From positions 102 to 64,101 of the forward strand of contig DASRAV010000057.1 of the NCBI GenBank assembly GCA_035637995.1: DNA of 64,000 nt, in the 5' to 3' direction. The stretch is from Conexibacter sp. (lineage in GTDB: Bacteria > Actinomycetota > Thermoleophilia > Solirubrobacterales > Solirubrobacteraceae). The position numbers and the translations under genes are program-made. This document shows, one piece after another, positions 1 through 9,990 of this stretch; position 1 is the stretch's first letter, and the number at the start of each line of letters is the position of its first letter. Below the pieces are notes generated by a model, which searched no databases, was not told the DNA's origin, and was given only the letters and a program-made list of their open reading frames with translations.

Positions 1-896
1 CGCTCGTGCAGCTGCGCGAGCGCGTCGAGGCGCTGCTGCCCAAGTCCGAGCAGGTCGAAGGCGAGCGCTACGACCACTCCCAGCGCATCAAGGCCGTCAT
101 CAAGGACGTCTCCGCCTCGACGAAGGGGCCGTCGATCATCGTCTCGCGCCGCGACCCGGAGCTGATCAAGTCGCTGTTCGAGCTCGAGGTCCCGGAGATC
201 GCCGACGGCCTCGTGGAGATCACGAACGTCGCGCGCGAGCCCGGCTACCGCTCGAAGATCGCGGTCGTCTCGCACGTCGACGGCGTCGACCCGGTCGGCG
301 CCTGCGTCGGCCCGCGCGGATCGCGCGTGCGGATGGTCGTCTCCGAGCTGCGCGGCGAGAAGATCGACATCATCCCCTACAACGACGAGCCCGCCCGCTT
401 CGTCGCGAAGGCGCTCTCGCCCGCGCGCGTGCGCGAGGTGCTCGTCGACGACGAAGCCAAGCAGGCGACCGTGATCGTCCCCGACGACCAGCTCTCGCTC
501 GCGATCGGCCGCGAAGGCCAGAACGCGCGTCTCGCCGCGCGCCTCACCGGCTGGCGCATCGACATCCGCTCGGAGACGGAGTTCGCCAAGGAGGAGGCCG
601 AGCACGGCTACGAAGAGGAAGACGTGCAGGGACGCTGCGCGGCGATCCTCTCCAATGGCCGTCGCTGCCCGAACGCGGCGCTGCCGGGCTCGCGCTACTG
701 CGGCCTCGACACGCACCAGGCGCTGAACGACATCGAGGGCGACGAGGTCGCCGCGCTGGCGGGCGGCGGCGAGGAGCCGACGTCGGTCAACGGCGAAGCT
801 GCGCCCGAGCCGGCGGCGATCGAGGAGCCGGTGCCCGTCGAGCAGCCCGCGACGGCTGACGAGGCCGCCGTGAACGTACAATCGAGCGACGAATGA
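1..896 (+). CDS. nusA: Transcription termination/antitermination factor NusA, 5'-truncated by the window edge, with a non-canonical acidic C-terminal extension containing a Cys3-His cluster
   Basis: ORF is open to the window start. S1/KH region motifs are present ([49 protein letters not shown]). The stop overlaps the infB start (ATGA 893-896). Order is the classic nusA-infB-rbfA-truB. Confidence 0.93.
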   Translation, partial: LVQLRERVEALLPKSEQVEGERYDHSQRIKAVIKDVSASTKGPSIIVSRRDPELIKSLFELEVPEIADGLVEITNVAREPGYRSKIAVVSHVDGVDPVGACVGPRGSRVRMVVSELRGEKIDIIPYNDEPARFVAKALSPARVREVLVDDEAKQATVIVPDDQLSLAIGREGQNARLAARLTGWRIDIRSETEFAKEEAEHGYEEEDVQGRCAAILSNGRRCPNAALPGSRYCGLDTHQALNDIEGDEVAALAGGGEEPTSVNGEAAPEPAAIEEPVPVEQPATADEAAVNVQSSDE

Positions 897-3070
897 GCAG
901 AAAGCGCGTCAACGACATCGCCAAGGAGCAGGGGATCTCGGCGAAGGACCTGCTGCTGAAGCTGCAGGCCGCCGGGATCGACGCCGCGGCGCCGTCGGCG
1001 ACCGTCGACGAGGAGAGCGCGCTGCGCGCCCTCAACGGCGTTGGCGGTGGCGGCGAGGCGAAGCCGGCTGCCAAGGGCGATGACGCCGCGCAGAAGCAGC
1101 GTCCCACGCGCGACTCGCTGCAGGGCGAGCGCACGCCCGGCGCCGCCGCGGCCGGCGGCCGCCGACGCGTCGTGATCGACTCGCAGGCCTCGCGCCGCGG
1201 GACGGGCGGGCCCGGGTCCGGTCCCGCGCCGAACCAGCCGCCGCGGCGCCAGCGTCGCGGGCGCCGCCGTCGCGGCACCTACGAGGAGCCGGCGCCGCTG
1301 GAGACGCGCGCGCCGAGCGGGCCCGCGCACGTGCGCGTCAACTCCGGCTCGACCGTCAAGGACATCTCGGAGTACTTCGACGTCCCGATCCCGGAGATCA
1401 TCAAGAAGCTGATGTCGCTCGGCGAGATGGCGACGCTGACGCAGACGCTCTCCGACGACGCGATCGAGCTGCTCGCGACCGAATTCGGCAAGACCGCCGA
1501 GATCGTGCACGCCGCCGACGACGTCGACGCCGAGCCGGTCTACGAGGACGAGGACGACACGCTCGTCGAGCGCCCGCCGGTCGTCACGATCATGGGCCAC
1601 GTCGACCACGGCAAGACCTCGCTGCTGGACGCGATCCGCGACACCGAGGTGACCGCGGGCGAGGCCGGCGGCATCACGCAGCACATCGGCGCCTATCAGG
1701 TCCATCACAGCGACAAGGTCGTGACATTCCTCGACACGCCCGGCCACGAGGCGTTCACCGCGATGCGCGCCCGCGGCGCGAAGGTGACCGACATCGCCGT
1801 GATCGTCGTCGCCGCCGACGACGGCGTGAAGCCGCAGACACAGGAGGCGGTCGACCACGCGAAAGCGGCGGAGGTGCCGATCCTCGTCGCCGTCAACAAG
1901 ATCGACAAGGAGGGCGCGCAGCCCGACCGCGTCCGCACCGAGATGACGCAGCTGGGCCTCCAGCCCGTCGAGTGGGGCGGCGAGGTCGAGTTCGTCGACG
2001 TCTCGGCGAAGACCAAGCAGGGGCTCGACAACCTGCTCGACACGATCCTCGTGATGTCCGAGGTCGAGGAGCTGCGCGCGAACGCCGGCGCCGAGGCCTC
2101 CGGCGTCGTGATCGAGTCCAAGCTCGACCCGGGCCGCGGCGCCGTCGCGACGCTGCTGATCCAGCGCGGGACGCTGCACGTCGGCGACGCGCTCGTCGCC
2201 GGTCCGCACTGGGGCCGCGTGCGCGCGATGAACGACTTCCTCGGCAAGCGCGTCAAGCAGGCCGAGCCTGGCGAGCCGGTCGAGATCCTCGGCTTCGACA
2301 GCGTCCCGGAGGCGGGAGAGTTCGTACGCGTCGTCGAGAACGACCGCAAGGCGCGCCAGCTCGCGGGCGAGCGCGCGAACCGGCTCAAGACCGAGCAGCT
2401 CGCGCGCCGCTCGGGCAAGCGGATCTCGCTCGAGGACATCTTCAAGAGCGAGCTGCAGGAGCTCAACCTCGTGCTGAAGGCCGACGTCGCCGGCTCGCTG
2501 GAGGCGATCGAGGACGAGATCGCGAAGCTGCCGCAGTCGGAGATCTCGGTCAACGTGATCCACCGCGGCGTCGGCGGCGTCAACGAGTCCGACGTGATGC
2601 TCGCGGCGGCCTCCGACGCGGTCGTGCTCGCCTTCAACGTGCGACCGGTCGGCGACGCGCGCCAGGTGGCGGACCGCGAGGGCGTGGAGATCCGCTCCTA
2701 CGCGGTCATCTACCGCGCGATCGAGGAGCTGCGCGCCGCGATGGAGGGCATGCTCGAGCCCGAGGAGGTCGAGGACCAGACCGCGACGGTCGAGGTCCGC
2801 CAGATCTTCCGCGCCTCGAAGATCGGTGTGATCGCCGGCTCCTACATCACCGACGGCAAGCTCACGCGCGGCGCGAAGGTGCGCCTCGTGCGCGACGGCA
2901 CGGTCGTCTACGACGGCGAGGTCGCAAGCCTCAAGCGCTTCAACGAGGACGTGCGCGAGGTCGCCTCCGGGTTCGAGTGCGGCATCGTGCTGAAGGACTT
3001 CGCCGACGTCAAGGAGGGCGACATGCTCGAGGCCTACGCCACACGGAAGGTCGAGCGCGAGCTCGCCTGA
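893..3070 (+). CDS. infB: Translation initiation factor IF-2
   Basis: 725 aa. GTPase motifs [24 protein letters not shown]. Arg/Gly/Pro-rich N-terminal linker. Lies downstream of nusA. Confidence 0.97.
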   Translation: MSRKRVNDIAKEQGISAKDLLLKLQAAGIDAAAPSATVDEESALRALNGVGGGGEAKPAAKGDDAAQKQRPTRDSLQGERTPGAAAAGGRRRVVIDSQASRRGTGGPGSGPAPNQPPRRQRRGRRRRGTYEEPAPLETRAPSGPAHVRVNSGSTVKDISEYFDVPIPEIIKKLMSLGEMATLTQTLSDDAIELLATEFGKTAEIVHAADDVDAEPVYEDEDDTLVERPPVVTIMGHVDHGKTSLLDAIRDTEVTAGEAGGITQHIGAYQVHHSDKVVTFLDTPGHEAFTAMRARGAKVTDIAVIVVAADDGVKPQTQEAVDHAKAAEVPILVAVNKIDKEGAQPDRVRTEMTQLGLQPVEWGGEVEFVDVSAKTKQGLDNLLDTILVMSEVEELRANAGAEASGVVIESKLDPGRGAVATLLIQRGTLHVGDALVAGPHWGRVRAMNDFLGKRVKQAEPGEPVEILGFDSVPEAGEFVRVVENDRKARQLAGERANRLKTEQLARRSGKRISLEDIFKSELQELNLVLKADVAGSLEAIEDEIAKLPQSEISVNVIHRGVGGVNESDVMLAAASDAVVLAFNVRPVGDARQVADREGVEIRSYAVIYRAIEELRAAMEGMLEPEEVEDQTATVEVRQIFRASKIGVIAGSYITDGKLTRGAKVRLVRDGTVVYDGEVASLKRFNEDVREVASGFECGIVLKDFADVKEGDMLEAYATRKVERELA

Positions 3071-3156
3071 CGTGCGCATGCGGCGCGTCGCCGCTCGCCC
3101 TGCGGGTCTTTAGTAATGAAGATGTCGGGCAACGGACATGCTGCGCGAGGATTAGG

Positions 3157-3522
3157 ATGAGCGGCGGCAACCGCATGCGTCGCGTCGACGAGGCGGTCCG
3201 TGCCGTGCTCAGCGATGCCATCACGCAGGACATCAAGGATCCGCGCGTCGGGTTCGTGACCGTGACCGCCGTCAAGACAAGCCCAGACCTGCGCCACGCG
3301 CGCGTCTACGTCAGCGTCCTCGGCGACGACGAGGAGCGCGAGGACTCGCTCGTGGGCCTGCGCTCCGCGCACGGCTACCTGCAGCGCCGCGTCGCCGGCG
3401 AGCTGCGCATCAAGCACACGCCGACGCTCGAGTTCGTCTACGACGAGACGGTCGAGCGGGGCATGCGGATCAACGAGCTGCTCGAGGACGAGCCCGAGCT
3501 CGGGCGGGCCGGCGATGAGTGA
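3157..3522 (+). CDS. rbfA: Ribosome-binding factor A
   Basis: In-frame tail of track ORF 1972..3522. ATG at 3157, with an alternative ATG at 3175. RVDEAVRAVLSDAI...VGFVTVTAVKTSPDLRHARVYVS is RbfA-like. Position after infB fits. Confidence 0.9.
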   Translation: MSGGNRMRRVDEAVRAVLSDAITQDIKDPRVGFVTVTAVKTSPDLRHARVYVSVLGDDEEREDSLVGLRSAHGYLQRRVAGELRIKHTPTLEFVYDETVERGMRINELLEDEPELGRAGDE

Positions 3523-4507
3523 GAACGGCTACGGCGCCGCGCGCGACCAGGTGCTCGCCGAGCTGCGCGACGCGGACAAGTTCCTGCTCGTCACGCACGA
3601 GCACGTCGACGGCGACGCGCTCGGCTCGCTCGTCGCGATGAACGCGGTGCTGCTCGCGCTCGGCAAGGACTCGGTCATGTTCATGGACGAGGGCGAGCTG
3701 CCGCTGCCCTACGAGTACCGCTTCTTCGCGCTCGACCGGCTCGTGAGCGTCGCCCCCGACGACGTCGCGGAGCGGACCGTCGTCTTCCTCGACTGCGGCA
3801 ACATCGACCGCAACCCGGCGGACGCGCTCAAGCTCGAGGGCGCGCGCATCCTCAACCTCGACCACCACCACGACAACACCCGCTTCGGCACGGTCAACCA
3901 CGTCGTGCCGGAAGCCTCGTGCACTGCGGAGATCGTGTGGGACCTGATGCACGGCCTCGGCGTGCCGCCGACGGTGCCGATCGCCGAGGCGCTCTACGTC
4001 GGGCTCGTCACCGACACCGGCAAGTTCATGTACGAGAACACCGGCACGCGCGCGCACGAGATGGCAGCCGACCTGATCGAGGCAGGCGTCGACGTCCACG
4101 ACGTCTACCGCCGCATCTACGAGGGAATCCCGTACGGCAAGCTCGCCTTGCTCGCGCGCGGGCTCACGCGCGTCGAGCGCTTCGACGAGGGGCGCCTCAC
4201 GCTCACCCGCCTGAGCGCGGAGGACTACCGCGACACCGGCGCGCAGGAGAACTACTCCGAGGGCGTGATCGACCACCTGCGCTCGGTCGAGGGGACAGCC
4301 GTCGCCGGGCTCGTGCGCGACCGCATCGGCGGCGAGGAGGGGCTGCGCAAGGTCTCGCTGCGCGCCAGCGACGACCGCGTCGACGTCTCCGCGATCGCCC
4401 GCGCGCAGGGCGGCGGCGGCCATCGCCAGGCGGCCGGCTTCTCGACGACGCTGGCGTGGGAGGAGCTCGTCGAGTTCCTGCGCGCCGAAGTCGCTGCTCA
4501 GCTCTAG
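3515..4507 (+). CDS. nrnA: DHH/DHHA1 phosphoesterase (NrnA-type oligoribonuclease / pAp phosphatase)
   Basis: DHH motifs HEHVDGDALGS, LDCGN, DHHHDN and DHHA1 motif GGGGHRQAAGF. The start overlaps the rbfA stop. Confidence 0.88.
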   Translation: MSENGYGAARDQVLAELRDADKFLLVTHEHVDGDALGSLVAMNAVLLALGKDSVMFMDEGELPLPYEYRFFALDRLVSVAPDDVAERTVVFLDCGNIDRNPADALKLEGARILNLDHHHDNTRFGTVNHVVPEASCTAEIVWDLMHGLGVPPTVPIAEALYVGLVTDTGKFMYENTGTRAHEMAADLIEAGVDVHDVYRRIYEGIPYGKLALLARGLTRVERFDEGRLTLTRLSAEDYRDTGAQENYSEGVIDHLRSVEGTAVAGLVRDRIGGEEGLRKVSLRASDDRVDVSAIARAQGGGGHRQAAGFSTTLAWEELVEFLRAEVAAQL

Positions 4508-4519
4508 GGCAGCCGCGCC

Positions 4520-5329
4520 GTGGACGGCGTCATCCTCTTCGACAAGCCCGCCGGCATCACGTCGCATGACGTCGTCGCCCAGACGCGGCGGCGGCTGGGG
4601 CGGGTGGCGAAGGTGGGCCATGCCGGCACGCTCGATCCGTTCGCGACCGGCCTGCTGCTCGTGCTCGTCGGCCGTGCGACGCGCGCGCAGCGCTTCCTGA
4701 TGGCGCTGCCGAAGTCCTACGAGACGGTCGCGCGCTTCGGCGCGACCTCGAGCACCGGCGATCCCGAGGGCGAGATCGTCGAGACGGGCGTCGTGCCCGC
4801 GGGCGAGCTGGAGCTGCCGACGGGCACGCTGCGCCAGCGCCCGCCCGCCTACTCGGCCGTCAAGGTCGACGGTACGCGGGCCTACAAGCTCGCCCGCCGC
4901 GGCGAGCCGGTCGAGCTGCCCGAGCGCGAGGTGACCGTCTACGCCTTCGAGGAGCGCGCGCGCGACGGCGCGCGCCGCACGTTCGCGATCCGCTGCTCCG
5001 CGGGCACGTACGTGCGCTCGCTGATCGCCGACCTCGGCGACGCCTACTGCGAGCAGCTGCGGCGCACCGCGATCGGCCCGTTCGCCGTCGCCGACGCCGA
5101 TCCGGAGCGGATCGTCCCGCTCGCCGACGCGCTCGCGTTCCTGCCCGAGCGGCGGCTGCAGGGGGAGGAGGCGCGGCGGGCGGCCCACGGGGTCGCGGTG
5201 CCTGCCGCGGGCGCCGAGCAGGGGCCCGTGCGCCTCACCGACGCGGGCGGCGTGATCGCGATCGCCGAGCCGCGCAGCGGGCCCGACGGCACCGCGCTGC
5301 TGAAGCCCGTCGTCGGCTTCCGCGGCTGA
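4520..5329 (+). CDS. truB: tRNA pseudouridine(55) synthase TruB
   Basis: GTG start at 4520. Catalytic-Asp motif GHAGTLDPFATGLL. Also PPAYSAVKVDG. Confidence 0.95.
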   Translation: MDGVILFDKPAGITSHDVVAQTRRRLGRVAKVGHAGTLDPFATGLLLVLVGRATRAQRFLMALPKSYETVARFGATSSTGDPEGEIVETGVVPAGELELPTGTLRQRPPAYSAVKVDGTRAYKLARRGEPVELPEREVTVYAFEERARDGARRTFAIRCSAGTYVRSLIADLGDAYCEQLRRTAIGPFAVADADPERIVPLADALAFLPERRLQGEEARRAAHGVAVPAAGAEQGPVRLTDAGGVIAIAEPRSGPDGTALLKPVVGFRG

Positions 5330-5377
5330 GGCTAGGGGTGGCGGAGCCGGCCATGTGGCCGGCGAAGCCGGGCCCCC

Positions 5378-6304
5378 GTGGCGATACCCTTCCGCGCCAT
5401 GCATGTGACGATGCTGCCCGACGTCGAGCCGCGCCCGCGACGCGTGGCGGTCGGCGAGTTCGACGGCGTCCACCTCGGCCACCGCGCCGTGATCGCGGGC
5501 AACGACACGGTCCTGACGTTCGAACCGCATCCGCTCGCGGTGATCAGGCCGGAGGTCGCGCCGAAGCTGCTGACGAGCCTCGAACGCAAGGCGCAGCTGC
5601 TTGACGGCCTCGGCGTCGAGGAGCTGGTCGTGATCCCGTTCGACGCCGCCTTCTCGCAGCGCAGCGCGCAGGAGTTCCTCGACGACGTGCTCGTCGGGTG
5701 CCTCCAGGCCACGCACGTCTCCGTCGGGGAGAACTTCCGCTTCGGCCATCGCGCCGGCGGCGACACTGCGCTGCTGCGTGCTGACGAGCGCTTCCAGACG
5801 CGCGTCGTCCCGCTCGTCGAGGTCGAGGGCGAGGTCGTCTCCTCCTCGCACGTGCGCGGGCTCGTGCTCGCCGGCGAGGTCGACCAGGCGGCCGTGTTCC
5901 TCGGCTCGCCGTTCGCGATGCGCGGCGAGGTCGTCACGGGCGACCGCCGCGGGCGCGAGCTGGGCTTTCCGACGGCGAACCTCGTGCCCGACCAGTCGCT
6001 GATCCAGCCCGGCCACGGCATCTACGCGGCGCGCGCGACGTTCGACGAGACGGAGCGCTGCGCGGCGGTGAACGTGGGCGTGCGGCCCACCTTCAAGACC
6101 GACCTCGTCGTGCTCGTCGAGGCCTACCTGCTGGATTGGGACGGCGACCTCTACGGTCGCGAGCTGACGATCGAGTTCCTGAGCCGTCTGCGCGGCGAGC
6201 GGCGCTTCGAGTCCGCCGCGGCGCTGGTGGAGCAGATGCACCGCGACGTCAGCGATGCGCGGTCGGTCTGCGCGGCGCATTCTGCTACGGTTCCCCGCCG
6301 ATGA
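5378..6304 (+). CDS. ribF: Bifunctional riboflavin kinase / FMN adenylyltransferase
   Basis: [10 protein letters not shown] nucleotidyltransferase motif. C-terminal riboflavin-kinase motifs ([15 protein letters not shown]). Start is either GTG 5378 or ATG 5399. Confidence 0.93.
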   Translation: MAIPFRAMHVTMLPDVEPRPRRVAVGEFDGVHLGHRAVIAGNDTVLTFEPHPLAVIRPEVAPKLLTSLERKAQLLDGLGVEELVVIPFDAAFSQRSAQEFLDDVLVGCLQATHVSVGENFRFGHRAGGDTALLRADERFQTRVVPLVEVEGEVVSSSHVRGLVLAGEVDQAAVFLGSPFAMRGEVVTGDRRGRELGFPTANLVPDQSLIQPGHGIYAARATFDETERCAAVNVGVRPTFKTDLVVLVEAYLLDWDGDLYGRELTIEFLSRLRGERRFESAAALVEQMHRDVSDARSVCAAHSATVPRR

Positions 6305-6573
6305 GCACCCTCACGAGCGAGCGCAAGCAGGAGCTGGTCTCCAAGTTCGGCAAGGGCGATCAGGACACCGGCTCGGCCGAGGTCCAGATCGCGATGCTGA
6401 CGCAGCGCATCAACGATCTGACCGAGCATCTGCGCGAGCACAAGAAGGACCACCACTCGCGCCGCGGCCTGCTGATGCTCGTCGGCCGCCGCCGCCGCTT
6501 CCTCAACTACATGGAGCGCAAGGACCTCGACGGGTACCGCGCGCTCATCAAGGAGCTCGGACTCCGCAAGTGA
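6301..6573 (+). CDS. rpsO: 30S ribosomal protein S15
   Basis: 90 aa, [13 protein letters not shown]...[38 protein letters not shown] 6301 overlaps the ribF stop. Confidence 0.97.
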   Translation: MSTLTSERKQELVSKFGKGDQDTGSAEVQIAMLTQRINDLTEHLREHKKDHHSRRGLLMLVGRRRRFLNYMERKDLDGYRALIKELGLRK

Positions 6574-7022
6574 GCATCATCGGCGCGGGGGAGCCGGTGC
6601 CGCAGTTCTCGCTCGCGCGCGAGGATGGCAGCCGCATGACGCAGGACGACCTCGCCGGTCAGACGGCGGTGCTCGTCTTCTACCCCTTCGCGTTCAGCCC
6701 CGTCTGCACCGACCAGCTCAACCTCTACGAGGAGGTGCTGGACCAGTTCACCGCCCAGGGCGCCACGCTCTACGGCGTCTCGTGCGACTCGACCTGGGCG
6801 CAGAAGGCGTTCAAGGACAAGCTCGGCGTCACGATCGCGCAGCTCTCCGACTTCGAGCCCAAGGGCGAGGCGTGCCGCGCCTTCGGCGTCTACCACCGCG
6901 GTGGCTTCCCGCAGCGCGCGATCGTGATCGTCGCTCCCGACGGCGTCGTGAAATGGAGCTACCAGGCTTCCTCGCCGGCCGAGCTGCCGGGCGCGAACCT
7001 GATCTTCGACGCGCTGGCGTGA
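6570..7022 (+). CDS. Peroxiredoxin (AhpC/TSA family, AhpE/Bcp-like)
   Basis: In-frame tail of ORF 6255..7022. GTG 6570 overlaps the rpsO stop (GTGA). Peroxidatic-Cys motif [14 protein letters not shown]. Confidence 0.85.
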   Translation: MSIIGAGEPVPQFSLAREDGSRMTQDDLAGQTAVLVFYPFAFSPVCTDQLNLYEEVLDQFTAQGATLYGVSCDSTWAQKAFKDKLGVTIAQLSDFEPKGEACRAFGVYHRGGFPQRAIVIVAPDGVVKWSYQASSPAELPGANLIFDALA

Positions 7023-7510
7023 GCCTCGGCAGCGCGCCGCTGCCGGGGATTGCCGCTGACGATCATGTGGCGGGCTCGGCGGAGCCTCGCGCGATCGTCT
7101 ACGCCGACTATGAGTGCCCGTTTTGCGCCGTCCTGCATGAACGGCTGGCATCGAGGGGGGTGGGCTGGGCGTTCCGGCACTTTCCCGTGAAGTCGAAGCA
7201 TCCTCGGGCATGGGCCGCGGCGTGCGCGGCGGAGGCGGCCGGCCTGCAGGGCCGCTTCTGGGAGCTGCACGATCTGCTCTACGGCGACCAAGCGCGGCTG
7301 GAGGACCCGCATCTGTGGGAGCGGGCTCAGCGCTTGGGGCTCGACCTGGATCGCTTCGAGCACGATCGCCGCTCGGATGCGGTTCAGGCCCGCGTCCGCC
7401 GCGACTTCGAGAGCGGCATCCGCGCCGGCGTCGCGACCACGCCGACCGTCTTCATCGACGGCGTCGCCCATCCCGGCGTCCCGGACGACTCCATCCTGGA
7501 CCGACTCTGA
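7019..7510 (+). CDS. DsbA-like thioredoxin-fold protein (CPFC active site)
   Basis: In-frame tail of ORF 6782..7510. GTG 7019 overlaps the peroxiredoxin stop (GTGA). YADYECPFCA motif and C-terminal ATTPTVFIDG are typical of the DsbA family. Confidence 0.8.
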   Translation: MSLGSAPLPGIAADDHVAGSAEPRAIVYADYECPFCAVLHERLASRGVGWAFRHFPVKSKHPRAWAAACAAEAAGLQGRFWELHDLLYGDQARLEDPHLWERAQRLGLDLDRFEHDRRSDAVQARVRRDFESGIRAGVATTPTVFIDGVAHPGVPDDSILDRL

Positions 7511-7559
7511 GATGCGTGGCGACTTTAGGTCGTGTGGGGACCTAAAGTCGCCACGCATC
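7511..7559 (+). promoter_or_regulatory. Perfect 21-bp-stem RNA hairpin (7-nt loop) in the leader of pnp
   Basis: GATGCGTGGCGACTTTAGGTC (7511-7531) pairs perfectly with GACCTAAAGTCGCCACGCATC (7539-7559). It starts 1 nt after the upstream stop, has no U-tract, and lies 124 nt before the pnp start. Confidence 0.75.
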
Positions 7560-7682
7560 CGCCGCTCGCGCACACTACGCCTGTGATTTGCGGCGGAATC
7601 GCTACGATGAGCGGGTTCGGATACCGAAAAGACACGAGATGCACTCCGCCGACCGACGGGCGGAGACGAGAAGGGACTACAT

Positions 7683-9956
7683 ATGTCTGACCCCGTGACA
7701 CGGGTCTCCGTGGAGATCGCCGGCAAGGAGATCTCCTTCGAGACGGGCAAGATGGCCAAGCAGGCCTCCGGCGCCGTCGTCGTATCGGCAGGCGAGACGA
7801 TGGTGCTCTCGACCGCCACCGCAGGAAACCTCCGCGACGTCGACTTCCTCCCGCTGACGGTGGACATCGAGGAGCGCATGTACGCCGCGGGCAAGATCCC
7901 CGGCTCGTTCTTCAAGCGCGAGGGGCGCGCCGGCGAGAAGGGCACGCTCACGGCACGCCTGATCGACCGGCCGATCCGTCCGCTGTTCCCGAAGGGCTGG
8001 CGGCGTGAGACGCAGCTGGTCTCGATCCCGCTGTCGGTCGACCACGTGAACCCGTACGACATCCTCGCGATGAACGGCGCATCCGCCGCGCTGATGGTGT
8101 CGGACATCCCGTTCCCGACGCCGGTCGGCGCGGTCCGCATCGGCAAGATCGACGGCAACTTCGTCGTCAACCCCGACGAGACGGACCTGCTGGAGAACAC
8201 CGACCTCGACCTCGTCGTCGCGGGTACGGACGAGGCGATCCTGATGGTCGAGGCCGGCGCGAACGAGATCCCCGAGGCGGAGATCCTCGACGCGCTCGAC
8301 ATCGCGCACAGCGCGATCAAGAAGCTGTGCGACGCGCAGCGCGAGCTGCAGCAGAAGGCCGGAAAGCCGAAGAGCGAGGTCGAGGTCCCGCAGGTCGACG
8401 AGAAGCTCTTCAAGCAGATCGAGAAGTCGCACGGCAAGGCGCTCGACAAGGCGACGTCCGTCCAGGACAAGCTCGAGCGCCAGGACGCGACGAAGGCCGT
8501 CGAGGCCGAGGTGCTCGAGAAGTACGCGCCCGACGCGGACGACGCCGAGCAGCGCGCCGAGGCCCAGCGGGCGTTCGACAAGCTCGAGAAGACGCTGATC
8601 CGCGAGCGGATCGCGATCAAGAAGGTGCGTCCCGACGGTCGCTCCGCCGACGAGATCCGGCCGATCTCGATCGACGTCTACGTCGCGCCGCGCACGCACG
8701 GCTCCGCGCTCTTCACGCGCGGCCAGACGCAGGCCTTCTCGGTCGCCGCGCTCGGCACCACGCGCGAGGAGATGCGGCTCGACACGCTCGGGCTCGAGAC
8801 CTCCAAGCGCTACTTCCACCACTACAACTTCCCGCCGTTCTCGGTCGGGGAGGCGGGCTTCATGCGCGGCCCCAAGCGCCGCGACATCGGCCACGGTGCG
8901 CTCGCCGAGCGCGCGCTCGTGCCGATGATCCCCTCGCAGGAGGACTTCCCGTACGTCATCCGCGTCGTCTCGGACATCTTCGAGTCGAACGGGTCGTCGT
9001 CGATGGCCTCCGTCTGCGGCTCCTCGCTGTCGCTGATGGACGCGGGCGTGCCGATCAAGCGGCCGGTCGCCGGCATCGCGATGGGCCTGATCAAGGAGGG
9101 CGACGACTACATCGTGCTCTCCGACATCGCCGGCGTCGAGGACCACCTCGGCGACATGGACTTCAAGGTCGCCGGCACCTCGGAGGGCATCACCGCCCTG
9201 CAGATGGACATCAAGATCACGGGCGTCTCGTTCGAGATCCTGCGCGACGCGCTCGCGCAGGCGAAGGAGGGCCGCACGTTCATCCTCGGCAAGATGGCCG
9301 AGGCGATCACCGAGCCGCGCAGCGAGCTGTCGAAGTGGGCGCCGCGCATCTCGACGATCAAGATCGACCCGGAGAAGATCGGCCTGCTGATCGGCAAGGG
9401 CGGCGAGACGATCCGCGGTCTCTGCGAGGAGTTCGAGTCCCAGATCGACGTCAACGACGAGGGTCAGGTGCTGATCTACGCCCAGAACGGCGAGCTCGGC
9501 GACGCCCTCGCGGACCGCATCCGCTCGATGACGAAGGAGGTCGAGATCGGCGACGAGTTCGCCGGCAAGGTCGTCAAGACGACGACGTTCGGCGCCTTCG
9601 TCGAGCTGGCGAAGGGCACCGACGGGCTGCTGCACATCTCCAACATCGCCCCCGGCGAGCGCCCCTCGACGGTCGAGGAGGTCCTCAACAAGGGCGACGA
9701 GATCAAGGTGCGCGTGGTCGAGGTCGACCGCGAGCGCGGCCGCATCGGCCTGCGCCTCGCCGACGACCCGGACGTCGCGGGCAAGTCCGTCGCGGAGCTG
9801 GCGGGCGTCGGCACCGGCGGCGGCGACCGCGGGCCGCGACCCGACCGCGGCGACCGCGGCCCGCGTGGCCGGGGCGGGGACCGGGGCGACCGCGGGCCGC
9901 GCGGGCGCGGCGGCGACCGCAACGGGCGCAGCAGCCGCGACCCCGATCGCGGCTGA
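7683..9956 (+). CDS. pnp: Polyribonucleotide nucleotidyltransferase (PNPase) with an Arg/Gly-repeat C-terminal tail
   Basis: 757 aa with two RNase PH domains, KH and S1 (FGAFVELAKGTDGLLHIS). Tail is GGGDRGPRPDRGDRGPRGRGGDRGDRGPRGRGGDRNGRSS. Confidence 0.97.
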   Translation: MSDPVTRVSVEIAGKEISFETGKMAKQASGAVVVSAGETMVLSTATAGNLRDVDFLPLTVDIEERMYAAGKIPGSFFKREGRAGEKGTLTARLIDRPIRPLFPKGWRRETQLVSIPLSVDHVNPYDILAMNGASAALMVSDIPFPTPVGAVRIGKIDGNFVVNPDETDLLENTDLDLVVAGTDEAILMVEAGANEIPEAEILDALDIAHSAIKKLCDAQRELQQKAGKPKSEVEVPQVDEKLFKQIEKSHGKALDKATSVQDKLERQDATKAVEAEVLEKYAPDADDAEQRAEAQRAFDKLEKTLIRERIAIKKVRPDGRSADEIRPISIDVYVAPRTHGSALFTRGQTQAFSVAALGTTREEMRLDTLGLETSKRYFHHYNFPPFSVGEAGFMRGPKRRDIGHGALAERALVPMIPSQEDFPYVIRVVSDIFESNGSSSMASVCGSSLSLMDAGVPIKRPVAGIAMGLIKEGDDYIVLSDIAGVEDHLGDMDFKVAGTSEGITALQMDIKITGVSFEILRDALAQAKEGRTFILGKMAEAITEPRSELSKWAPRISTIKIDPEKIGLLIGKGGETIRGLCEEFESQIDVNDEGQVLIYAQNGELGDALADRIRSMTKEVEIGDEFAGKVVKTTTFGAFVELAKGTDGLLHISNIAPGERPSTVEEVLNKGDEIKVRVVEVDRERGRIGLRLADDPDVAGKSVAELAGVGTGGGDRGPRPDRGDRGPRGRGGDRGDRGPRGRGGDRNGRSSRDPDRG

Positions 9957-9990
9957 GCCCCGCGGCGATCGGATCGGGTCCCACCCGTCC

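Noticed and set aside
695-3079. 794-aa ORF antisense to infB
   Set aside because: It lies exactly opposite a gene with unmistakable IF-2 GTPase motifs. Its translation is Arg/Ala/Gly/Leu-rich low-complexity with no motifs. This is a typical shadow ORF of >70% GC DNA.
3470-6280. 936-aa ORF antisense to nrnA-truB-ribF
   Set aside because: It spans three well-supported plus-strand genes and has a shadow-frame composition (R/A/G/D/L-rich). No domain signatures are present.
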